From Gemmatimonadota bacterium (GTDB taxonomy: Bacteria; Latescibacterota; UBA2968; UBA8231): DNA of 60,158 bases. The notes under the pieces are model-generated. The model saw only the letters and a list, made by a program, of their open reading frames with translations, ran no database searches and was not told the origin of the DNA. Both the position numbers and the translations under genes were made by a program. Where the stretch lies: assembly GCA_038153405.1 (NCBI GenBank), contig JAYOYH010000026.1, forward strand, positions 1 through 60,158. Reading direction: 5' to 3'. The number at the start of each line of letters is the position of its first letter. Position 1 is the first letter of the stretch. This document shows, piece after piece, positions 27,678 to 35,568 of the stretch.

Positions 27678-28583
27678 CTATGCGGAAGGGGGCTGCCGCA
27701 GCGGAATCGGGTCGACGATTTGCCGCCGCTCCGGCGTCAGTCGCCCCAGTAGTTCGGGCGATGGGGCATAGTTAAAGCGCGAGCGAATCCAGCGTGGCGA
27801 GTAGCGATAGAGCAGCATGCGCCGGTAGCCGTCGTTGCTGCGCGCCGCCGATCCGTGCGTGATCGTATCCGTAAAAAGCAAGACGTCGCCCGCCTCCAAA
27901 TAGAGCTCGCGCATGCCCAGGGCAATGCCAGCGGCCTCGTCGCTGCGATAGGTACGACTGCCGCCCTCGCCCGTGAGCTTGGGGTGCGGAATGGTCGCCT
28001 TGTGGCTGCCGGGAATCAGCGTGGTCGGCCCGTCGCCCGGGCCGATGTCTTCCAATGCGGTGATGCAGTTGATCTGCCCGACCATCCACTCGCCGGTATT
28101 GGCCTGGCGAAAGGTCATATAGCTGCAGGGAATGTGCCCACCGCAGTGAATGCCGATGTAGCCGTCGCGCCCGCGAATATTGAGCAAGGTTTCATGCAGC
28201 GACAGCCCGTTGTGGGGATTGACCCAGCGCCGAACGTGCTCAATCCACGCCGGATGGTCAATGTGACGCTCAAAGACCGCACCGGCCTCGATGATATTCT
28301 GAAAGTTGATGCCGTCGGCGTCGCTATAGGTATGCGTTTCTACGCGGCCAATCCACGCACCGTCGCTTAGCCCTGCGCGCCCGCCGCGCTGCGCTCCGTC
28401 CATGTAGTGCACGTGCGCATCGGCCCATGCGTTCATCTCGGCGAGATCGCCGTTCCCTACGGCCCCTTTGATAATGAGGTAACCGTTTAGTTCAAATAGG
28501 TAGTCGATTAAGTAGACGTCGCTGCACCCCACCTCGACTACGGGCGCGTCGGCAGGTAGGGCGCCAACCGTTGGCTGACTCAT
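27678..28583 (-). CDS. PhyH-family Fe(II)/2OG oxygenase with HxG motif
   Basis: YLFELNGY, GIHCGG, DGPTTLIPGSHK, FTDTITHG, RRMLLYRY. Confidence 0.85.
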   Translation of the reverse strand: MSQPTVGALPADAPVVEVGCSDVYLIDYLFELNGYLIIKGAVGNGDLAEMNAWADAHVHYMDGAQRGGRAGLSDGAWIGRVETHTYSDADGINFQNIIEAGAVFERHIDHPAWIEHVRRWVNPHNGLSLHETLLNIRGRDGYIGIHCGGHIPCSYMTFRQANTGEWMVGQINCITALEDIGPGDGPTTLIPGSHKATIPHPKLTGEGGSRTYRSDEAAGIALGMRELYLEAGDVLLFTDTITHGSAARSNDGYRRMLLYRYSPRWIRSRFNYAPSPELLGRLTPERRQIVDPIPLRQPPSA

Positions 28584-28620
28584 ATCGTTCTCCGTTCGAT
28601 GACTCGCACGTTGGCCCTAT

Positions 28621-29598
28621 TTACCAGGGCACGCTCATGCCCAGCTCTTTGGCAACGCCCTCGAGACGCTCGCGATGCCAATCGCCCAACGGCACGCCCT
28701 CGCGCGCATAGGCCTCTTCACGCACGGCCTCCATACCACCGGGGACGTGCGATTCGCCAAAACCCTCTAGCGGTTCCAACTGGTGGATGCGATCGACGTA
28801 CTCGTCGATATCGCGCTTGAAGACCTCGGCATCGTGAAATAGATCGATGCGCAGGGCAATTAGCAGAGATCCCTGATTGGCGCCCGGCCACGTCCAGCGC
28901 GGCTTCTCCGCGTCGACGCCCAATCCCGACAGCATGCCGCCCCAGGCCTGACAGATCTCGCCCATGCCAATACAGCGCAGGACTAAACCGGGGGCGCGCG
29001 CGGACAGATCGCTGCGCAAATCCTCCTTGTAGAGGTCGTGCACCGCGCCAAAGTCGAGCACGAAGGGCGGGTGCGTTGCCGTTGGCACGCCAAAAGCCAT
29101 TGGCGATCCCCCCGCGGCGCGAAAGAGCGACTTGCCCGGCTGCAGATCCAATTGGTGGCCCGAAGTGACGTAGACCACGAGATCGTGCTCCAGCGCCATG
29201 CGCGCGTAGATGCCAGCGGCGCCAAAATGGCCGTGGTTCCGGCTCATGACCGCCGCCATACCCATCTCCTGGGCTTTTTCTATGGCGCGCAGGGTCGCGT
29301 CGTGGGCGGGGAAATAGCCCAGTCCGCCGTCGCCGTCAACCAGCGCACTAACGGGCGTTTCGCGAACGAGTGCCACATTGGGCTCGTTGTTGAGCTTGCC
29401 GTCGCGCATCAAAATCGCATAGGTCGCAATTTGCTGCGTGCCGTGACTAAACACTCCGCGCAGATCATTTTTTGTCAACAGGTCGGCCAATAGCTCAGAC
29501 TTGTCCTGCGGTAGACCAACGCTCTGTGCGGCTGCAGTGACAAAAGCACGCAGATCCTCTGCCGCAACGCGTATGTGCTCTTCGGGTGGGCAGTTCAT
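28621..29598 (-). CDS. Ldh_2 family (type 2 malate/lactate/ureidoglycolate) oxidoreductase
   Basis: DLRGVFSHG, DGDGGLG, NHGHFGAAG.Y, PMAFG, VPG.ME; RBS GAGGAG. Confidence 0.88.
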   Translation of the reverse strand: MNCPPEEHIRVAAEDLRAFVTAAAQSVGLPQDKSELLADLLTKNDLRGVFSHGTQQIATYAILMRDGKLNNEPNVALVRETPVSALVDGDGGLGYFPAHDATLRAIEKAQEMGMAAVMSRNHGHFGAAGIYARMALEHDLVVYVTSGHQLDLQPGKSLFRAAGGSPMAFGVPTATHPPFVLDFGAVHDLYKEDLRSDLSARAPGLVLRCIGMGEICQAWGGMLSGLGVDAEKPRWTWPGANQGSLLIALRIDLFHDAEVFKRDIDEYVDRIHQLEPLEGFGESHVPGGMEAVREEAYAREGVPLGDWHRERLEGVAKELGMSVPW

Positions 29599-29833
29599 GG
29601 GGGCTCCTCGTAGTGAATGCTCAAGCGCGCAGCACTTGAGCACTGCGCGCAAAAAATATTTCCTATGGGTCCAAGCGATGCAAAAGTACGCTCTTTCCCA
29701 TCCGACAGCTATAGACGGTGCACGCGCCGATCGATGGACCCAGCCGGAGAAACGATCTCTTGACGCTAGCCCGCCGCTGCACTACCTAGAAGACATCTTT
29801 CCCCACCATAGTAGCTAAACGAGCAAACAACCC

Positions 29834-31204
29834 ATGTCATACAGCCACTTCACATTGCCACCAGAGCCAACGCAGGATGACCTGAAGCGCATCGCCAGCG
29901 ACTACCGCACCATCGTCGTCGCGGTCATGCGCGCCCTCGTCGAGCGCTATCGGCGCACGCCGAATTACCCCTTTATCGATGCCAAACTGAGCCTAATCAC
30001 CGGCCGCGATTTCGACGACGACGATCCCATCCGCGGGCGCGGCGCCGTATACGGCTGGATTCAGGGACGCGGTATAGAAGCGCTGGTCGGCCATGCGCGT
30101 TTCCTGAGCGGCGATGCCCAGCATCAAGATCTGGTCGATGCCATGCGCGATATGATCGGCGAAATCGCCGCACAGCTCTGGCGCATGCGGGCGCGCAACG
30201 GCGGCCACCTGTCTTTTCTCATGGCGCCCGATGGACGGCCTTTCCGACTGGATGCCGAGGGCCGACCGGCCTATTTCGAAATAGGCGCCGACAGCCCCTG
30301 TGGGTTTAGCGATCTCTTCGCCGCCAAGGGACTCTTTACCGCAGCCGACTACGCGGGCGATGACCGCGCCGCCGCCGACGCCCTCGAGTATATAGAAGCG
30401 GTCGAGGAATCGATCTGGGCAGGGCGCTTTCGCTCCGACCAGATTCCCCTCGATCCCAAACTGCGGCCCGAACCGCGCGACGGCTTTTATCCACACGGAC
30501 CCTATATGATCCAGATTGGCGCGCTGACCATACTGGCCGAAGCACATATAGACGGGGCCGTCGAGCGCGGACTGTGCCTTATCGAGCACGAACTGCACAC
30601 TTATGCCAATATCGACGGACGCATAGACGATCTGCAGGAAGGCGATTTCTGGGAGTTCGTCGATGCGCAGGGAACCCCCTACCGCGAAGCCGACGGCGTG
30701 CTCTACTCCGATCCGGGCCACGCGCTAGAGTTCGTCGGTCTGGCGCTAAAGTTTATTGCAGCGGCCCAACCGCTCGCTACACCGCGGCAAATAGAGCGCC
30801 TGCGGGCGGCGCAGCAACCTATGTGCGCATTGCTTGAACGCAATTTTGCCAACGGCTATATCGCCGTACCCGGCGGCATTTCCAAGGCCTTTGATCTCAT
30901 CTCGCGCACTCACCTCAATACGGACATGCCCTGGTGGAATCTGCCCGAGACCATCCGCTCGGCCGCCTTGGCCATGCAAGCGGCCACCAACTCAAACGAG
31001 CGCGCGCGCTGTCTGCACGTGCTGCGCGATGCGCACAATGCGTTCGGCCACTTCGTGCGCCCGGACCTGCACTTGATGGCCTATCAGACGCTATCAATTT
31101 CCGGCGCACCAGTCGATGCTATCCCCGCCACCGCCGATGCCGATCCCGGCTACCACACGGGCCTGAGTCTGATCGACGCAATCGAGATTATCGAACGAAT
31201 TTAA
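29834..31204 (+). CDS. AGE family (N-acylglucosamine 2-epimerase-like) protein
   Basis: WIQGRG, PYMI, DPGHALEF, WWNLPE, DPGYHT. Confidence 0.75.
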   Translation: MSYSHFTLPPEPTQDDLKRIASDYRTIVVAVMRALVERYRRTPNYPFIDAKLSLITGRDFDDDDPIRGRGAVYGWIQGRGIEALVGHARFLSGDAQHQDLVDAMRDMIGEIAAQLWRMRARNGGHLSFLMAPDGRPFRLDAEGRPAYFEIGADSPCGFSDLFAAKGLFTAADYAGDDRAAADALEYIEAVEESIWAGRFRSDQIPLDPKLRPEPRDGFYPHGPYMIQIGALTILAEAHIDGAVERGLCLIEHELHTYANIDGRIDDLQEGDFWEFVDAQGTPYREADGVLYSDPGHALEFVGLALKFIAAAQPLATPRQIERLRAAQQPMCALLERNFANGYIAVPGGISKAFDLISRTHLNTDMPWWNLPETIRSAALAMQAATNSNERARCLHVLRDAHNAFGHFVRPDLHLMAYQTLSISGAPVDAIPATADADPGYHTGLSLIDAIEIIERI

Positions 31205-33690
31205 AGGAGGGCGGGCACGAATAGACTGCCCTCGGTCGTGCCTTGAGGAGCTATGGCGCGCAGCGCAGTGGCCAGCGCCGATGGAGCCATTGCTCCGCTG
31301 AGCGCCTCGGTGAAAAGCCGGCTCACTTCGACGACCTGCTCGGCGCTCTCGTGGGCAAACTCCACCCGCCAGTGAGCAATGCCCGCCGACCGCCAGCGCT
31401 GCATATGCGCCGATGCCTCTTGTGCTTCGGCGCCGAAAACCGTGTTGCGACAGCCGACGTCGGCCAGCACTGGATGCGCGCGCCCCTGGCCGTCGCGCAG
31501 AGCGACGCGATGCTGCGTGCAGGGCTTGCCGCAGTCGGCTTTGGACGTTCCTTCGGACAAAAAGCGACAAAATACGCAGTGTTCTGTATGGAATACGGGC
31601 AGGTGCTGATAGGCTACCACTTCGATGTGCTGAGCGCCGACGCGTGTGGCCAATTGGGCCACCTGCGCCCCGTTGAGATCGTGCGTTGGTGTCAACCGTT
31701 GCAATCCTAAATCGAGCAGCTGAACGGCGCTGAGCTCATTGGCCGCATTGAGGCTAAAATCGCCGATCAGCGGCGGATGCTCTTGGCGCACGAGCACCTC
31801 CAACAGGCCACCAGAGCGCACCAGTAGGGGAGCCTGCAAACTGCAGAGAAAGCGCGCGATGGCCTCCTCGCCCTGCTTGACTATGCGCGGACTAGCCACG
31901 CACACCGGTATATGCTGCGCGCGCACCTGCTCTACGGCCGGGCGCAGGTCGTACAAATCGAGATAGTCGAGCACGATGCTAGCCGGCTGCACCGACAGCG
32001 CCGCGCCCAGTTGATCCGGCGTGCGCACCAGCAGGTGCAGCTGCGCTTCTTTCGAAGCTGCCGATGGAACCGGCGCTCGGCGCAGAGTCTGTAGGGCAAT
32101 CTGAGGATTGGATGCGGCCGGGCGCCTAGGCTGGCGCTGCATCGCGCTCAGCGCATGTACGGCCTGCTGGCGCATCGCGCTCAGCAGCGAGGCCGGCGCA
32201 AACGGCGCGCCGCTTACGTCGAGTACGAGTTCGTCCAGGCGGTAGGGCGTATTGCCCAATCGGTCCCACTGTTGACGGAGGTAGTCGGCTGCCAGCGCGC
32301 GGTTATTGGCCGCCGTCAGCGGCTGCGGCGAATTGACTTCCACCGCAATACGGGGATCGTCAGCCAACTCCCAGCGCGCACGAAGTAGCTGGTCAACGCC
32401 CGCTACGGCGCGCACTCGAAGCGGCTGCTTGTGCAGCGGAACGCGGGCCTGTACGTAGGGACGGACGACCTTTTCGAGCTTTGGGTCGCGCGTGCGCCAC
32501 AGCCAGTCGCCGGGGCGAATACGCGCAAAGTCAATTGCACCGTTGGCAAATTCCACTTCACAGGTGCGTTCGTCAACGGGCCGGACGTGGTACACGTGGC
32601 CCCCCTCTTCGCGCTCGGCCGGATCGCGCCAGTCGGCCGCATCGAAAACCACGCCATCGCCGGCTTTTAGCGGCATAGCGGCCGTAGCGGGGTCTAGCGC
32701 GATGCGCACGCGGTCCGTTCGCACTTCTACCACGTGGCCCACGCGCACGCCCCGATGGCGCGGAGCCCGACCGCGCACGACGAGCTGATGATTGGTGCCG
32801 CACATAAAATGGGGTCCCAGTCCGCGCGAGTAGACCTGCTCCAACTGCAATTCATCGCGCGGCTCAATCTGCAACGGGCCGCCCTCCCACGCCGCATCAA
32901 CAGCCCTGCGATAGGCGCGCGTGGTCAGCGCGACGTAATCGGCGTCTTTGTAGCGCCCCTCAATCTTAAATGCGGCAACGCCAATCTCCACTAACTCGGG
33001 CACCTGGTGCAGCGCATAGAGGTCGCCGGGCGAGAGCAGGTAGCGCGCATCACCCAAGGGGCGCACCGCTTCGTCAACCAGCAGTTCGTAGGGCAAGCGA
33101 CAGGCCTGCGCACACTGGCCGCGATTGGCGCTGCGCCCGCCCCATGCTTCCGACGAAAAGCACTGCCCCGAATAGGAGACGCACAGGGCACCGTGCACGA
33201 AAACTTCGAGCTCGCATTCGCAGTCGGCGCGCAGGGCGCGGATTTCATGTAGGGAGAGTTCGCGCGCTAGCACCACGCGGCGCACGCCAAAGCGCTGCGC
33301 AAGCCGCACGCCCTCTGCATTGGCAATGCTCATCTGCGTGCTGCCGTGAATTTCGAGATCGGGTGCTACCTGGCGCGCTAGGCGCGCAATACCCAGATCC
33401 TGTACGATCAGCGCATCGGGCCCAACTTCAGCCAGATCGGCCAGCAGCTGCGCTGCGCGCTCGAGTTCCTCGTCGAAAACGAGCGTGTTAAAGGTGACGT
33501 AGCCCTTTACGCCCCGTTCGTGCAGCGTGGCCAATACGTCGGGCAGCTCTTGCACGGTGAAACCAACTTTAGCGCGCGCAGAGAACTGGTCTAGGCCAAA
33601 GTAGACCGCATCGGCACCTGCCTCTATAGCGGCGCGCAGCTGCGGCCAGTGGCCGACCGGGCTCATGATCTCAGGTTTGTGCTTTGACAT
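31201..33690 (-). CDS. U32 family protein, long RlhA-like form (23S rRNA hydroxylation)
   Basis: GADAVYFG, IHGSTQM, LARELS, HGALCVSYSGQC, NRGQCAQACR, FKIEGR; long C-terminal extension; alternative start 33696. Confidence 0.82.
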   Translation of the reverse strand: MSKHKPEIMSPVGHWPQLRAAIEAGADAVYFGLDQFSARAKVGFTVQELPDVLATLHERGVKGYVTFNTLVFDEELERAAQLLADLAEVGPDALIVQDLGIARLARQVAPDLEIHGSTQMSIANAEGVRLAQRFGVRRVVLARELSLHEIRALRADCECELEVFVHGALCVSYSGQCFSSEAWGGRSANRGQCAQACRLPYELLVDEAVRPLGDARYLLSPGDLYALHQVPELVEIGVAAFKIEGRYKDADYVALTTRAYRRAVDAAWEGGPLQIEPRDELQLEQVYSRGLGPHFMCGTNHQLVVRGRAPRHRGVRVGHVVEVRTDRVRIALDPATAAMPLKAGDGVVFDAADWRDPAEREEGGHVYHVRPVDERTCEVEFANGAIDFARIRPGDWLWRTRDPKLEKVVRPYVQARVPLHKQPLRVRAVAGVDQLLRARWELADDPRIAVEVNSPQPLTAANNRALAADYLRQQWDRLGNTPYRLDELVLDVSGAPFAPASLLSAMRQQAVHALSAMQRQPRRPAASNPQIALQTLRRAPVPSAASKEAQLHLLVRTPDQLGAALSVQPASIVLDYLDLYDLRPAVEQVRAQHIPVCVASPRIVKQGEEAIARFLCSLQAPLLVRSGGLLEVLVRQEHPPLIGDFSLNAANELSAVQLLDLGLQRLTPTHDLNGAQVAQLATRVGAQHIEVVAYQHLPVFHTEHCVFCRFLSEGTSKADCGKPCTQHRVALRDGQGRAHPVLADVGCRNTVFGAEAQEASAHMQRWRSAGIAHWRVEFAHESAEQVVEVSRLFTEALSGAMAPSALATALRAIAPQGTTEGSLFVPALL

Positions 33691-33786
33691 GCTCATCTCA
33701 AAAGGCTGAAAAAGGGCCGAATTCCATCGTTGTGAATTTCGACGCACCCCCTGCCCTGGTCAATCCCAGGACCACCGCGCGCGCTC

Positions 33787-33815
33787 TTTACGCAGCGCAG
33801 TCAGCTGGCTATACT
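33787..33815 (+). promoter_or_regulatory. sigma-70 promoter positioned for a leaderless transcript
   Basis: TTTACG-17 bp-TATACT, then 6 nt to ATG 33822; no Shine-Dalgarno. Confidence 0.6.
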
Positions 33816-33821
33816 TGCGCC

Positions 33822-34583
33822 ATGACGCCATCCGACGAAGACATCTGGTATTTTCAGCACAGCGGCTATTACGTCGTGCCACAGCGTCTGTCCGACGATT
33901 TAATCGACCGCCTCAATGCGGCAACCGATCGGGAGTTAGCGGCCCTGCGCGAGCCCATCGTCTGGGAAGAAGGAGAAGGGCGCCAGCCCTGCCACGTGCG
34001 CCGCTTGTCCAAGATTCTCCAGCGCGACCCAGCCTTTATGGAAGCGGCAACCCAGCCGTTTCTACTCGACGCGATAGAGATCGCGCTAGGCCCCCATATT
34101 GAGCTGCTAACCAACAAGCACAACCACCTGATGGTGCGCCCGCCGCAGTCGAGCATCGTTCCCTGGCACAGCGGCGAAGAGTCCTACGAATCGACGCTAG
34201 TCACCGCGCTCATTTATATGGAGGAGTCGACGATAGAAAACGGCTGCGTGCGCATTGTGCCGGGATCGCATCGCCGACCCTTTCGCCAGCAGCGGCGCTA
34301 TCCGGGCGGCGACTTCTATGCGCACCCCCTCTACCACCGCGCTCTGCCCGTGCCCATGCCGCGCGGCGGCATCTTACTCTTTAACGACAGCTGCTTTCAC
34401 GGCGCCGACGTCAACCGCTCCGCGCATTCGCGGCGCAGTATGACGCTGGGCTATCGCGCCCACGACGCCCACGACGTGGCTAAAGACGATCCGGAAAAGG
34501 TGCTCGTGCGCGGCGAGCGCGTCTACACCGGACATCCGCACCCCTTTCCCAATCTGCCCGACGGACCGCCAACTAACGCCTAG
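33822..34583 (+). CDS. PhyH-family Fe(II)/2OG oxygenase with WHSG motif (halogenase-like)
   Basis: FQHSGY, VPWHSG, ENGCVRIVPGSH, FNDSCFHG..N.S..SRRS. Confidence 0.85.
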   Translation: MTPSDEDIWYFQHSGYYVVPQRLSDDLIDRLNAATDRELAALREPIVWEEGEGRQPCHVRRLSKILQRDPAFMEAATQPFLLDAIEIALGPHIELLTNKHNHLMVRPPQSSIVPWHSGEESYESTLVTALIYMEESTIENGCVRIVPGSHRRPFRQQRRYPGGDFYAHPLYHRALPVPMPRGGILLFNDSCFHGADVNRSAHSRRSMTLGYRAHDAHDVAKDDPEKVLVRGERVYTGHPHPFPNLPDGPPTNA

Positions 34584-34608
34584 GGCGTGCAATTTGCAGG
34601 AGTCTAAC

Positions 34609-35418
34609 ATGGACGAAGAAGAGAAATACCTATTCGACATCAACGGCTATATCGTCGTGCGCGACGTGCTAAGGGCGGAGGAAATTGCCGCGGCCAACGC
34701 GGCGATTGACCACTACGCCGACGGCATCAAAGAGCGCGTCGGCGAACTGTCGCTATCGGGTGGGTCGCCCGCCCTAAAGGGCGAGACCGGGCGCGGCGAC
34801 TTGGGCGGCGCACTGAGCTGGGAAAAGCCCTACTGCGATCCGTTCCGCGCGATGATGGCCCATCCGCGTTTGACGCCCTACATGCACGAGATTCTCGGCA
34901 AGGGCTTTCGCCTCGATCACAACCTCGGCATCATCACCATGCGCAAAGGAGCCGAAGGACACGTATTGCACGGCTCCTCCGGCCCCGGCTTTGATCCACA
35001 CCAGTACTATGTGTTTCGGAATGGCCGCATGCACAATGGGCTGACCGTCGTCGCCTGGCAGCTGGCCGATATCAACCCCGGCGACGGCGGCCTCTGCGTC
35101 GTGCCGGGCAGTCACAAGGGCAACTACCCCTGTCCTCCCGCCCTGCGGCGCGGCGAAGCGCACTCCGAATTTATCAAGCAGATTACCTGCAAAGCCGGCG
35201 ATGCGATCATTTTTACCGAAGCGGTGACGCACGGCACGCTGCCGTGGACGGCCGATCACCAGCGCCGCACGGCGCTGTTCCGCTTTTCGCCGGGGAACAT
35301 GGCCTATGCGCGCAACTACGACTGGCCCGAATCTATGTTAAACGGTCTCACAGCCGAGCAGCGCGCCGTTCTCGAACCACCCTACCACCTGCGCTTGGAG
35401 CGCCCCGTGTTGGAGTAG
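34609..35418 (+). CDS. PhyH-family Fe(II)/2OG oxygenase with HxS motif (paralog of 8132-8935)
   Basis: KYLFDINGY, VLHGS, DGGLCVVPGSHK, FTEAVTHG; RBS AGGAG. Confidence 0.85.
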   Translation: MDEEEKYLFDINGYIVVRDVLRAEEIAAANAAIDHYADGIKERVGELSLSGGSPALKGETGRGDLGGALSWEKPYCDPFRAMMAHPRLTPYMHEILGKGFRLDHNLGIITMRKGAEGHVLHGSSGPGFDPHQYYVFRNGRMHNGLTVVAWQLADINPGDGGLCVVPGSHKGNYPCPPALRRGEAHSEFIKQITCKAGDAIIFTEAVTHGTLPWTADHQRRTALFRFSPGNMAYARNYDWPESMLNGLTAEQRAVLEPPYHLRLERPVLE

Positions 35419-35568
35419 CACCGCTTTCCGTTTTCCACAGTAATCGCGCGCTACGACGGCGCGGCCGTTGGGCATGGCTACGTGCGAAGAAAGGCACAGG
35501 TCGCCGCTGTCGCTCCATGCGAGCAAGGGAACCGCATCGCCGCGGCGTTGGGCCGTTCGCCCATTTCC

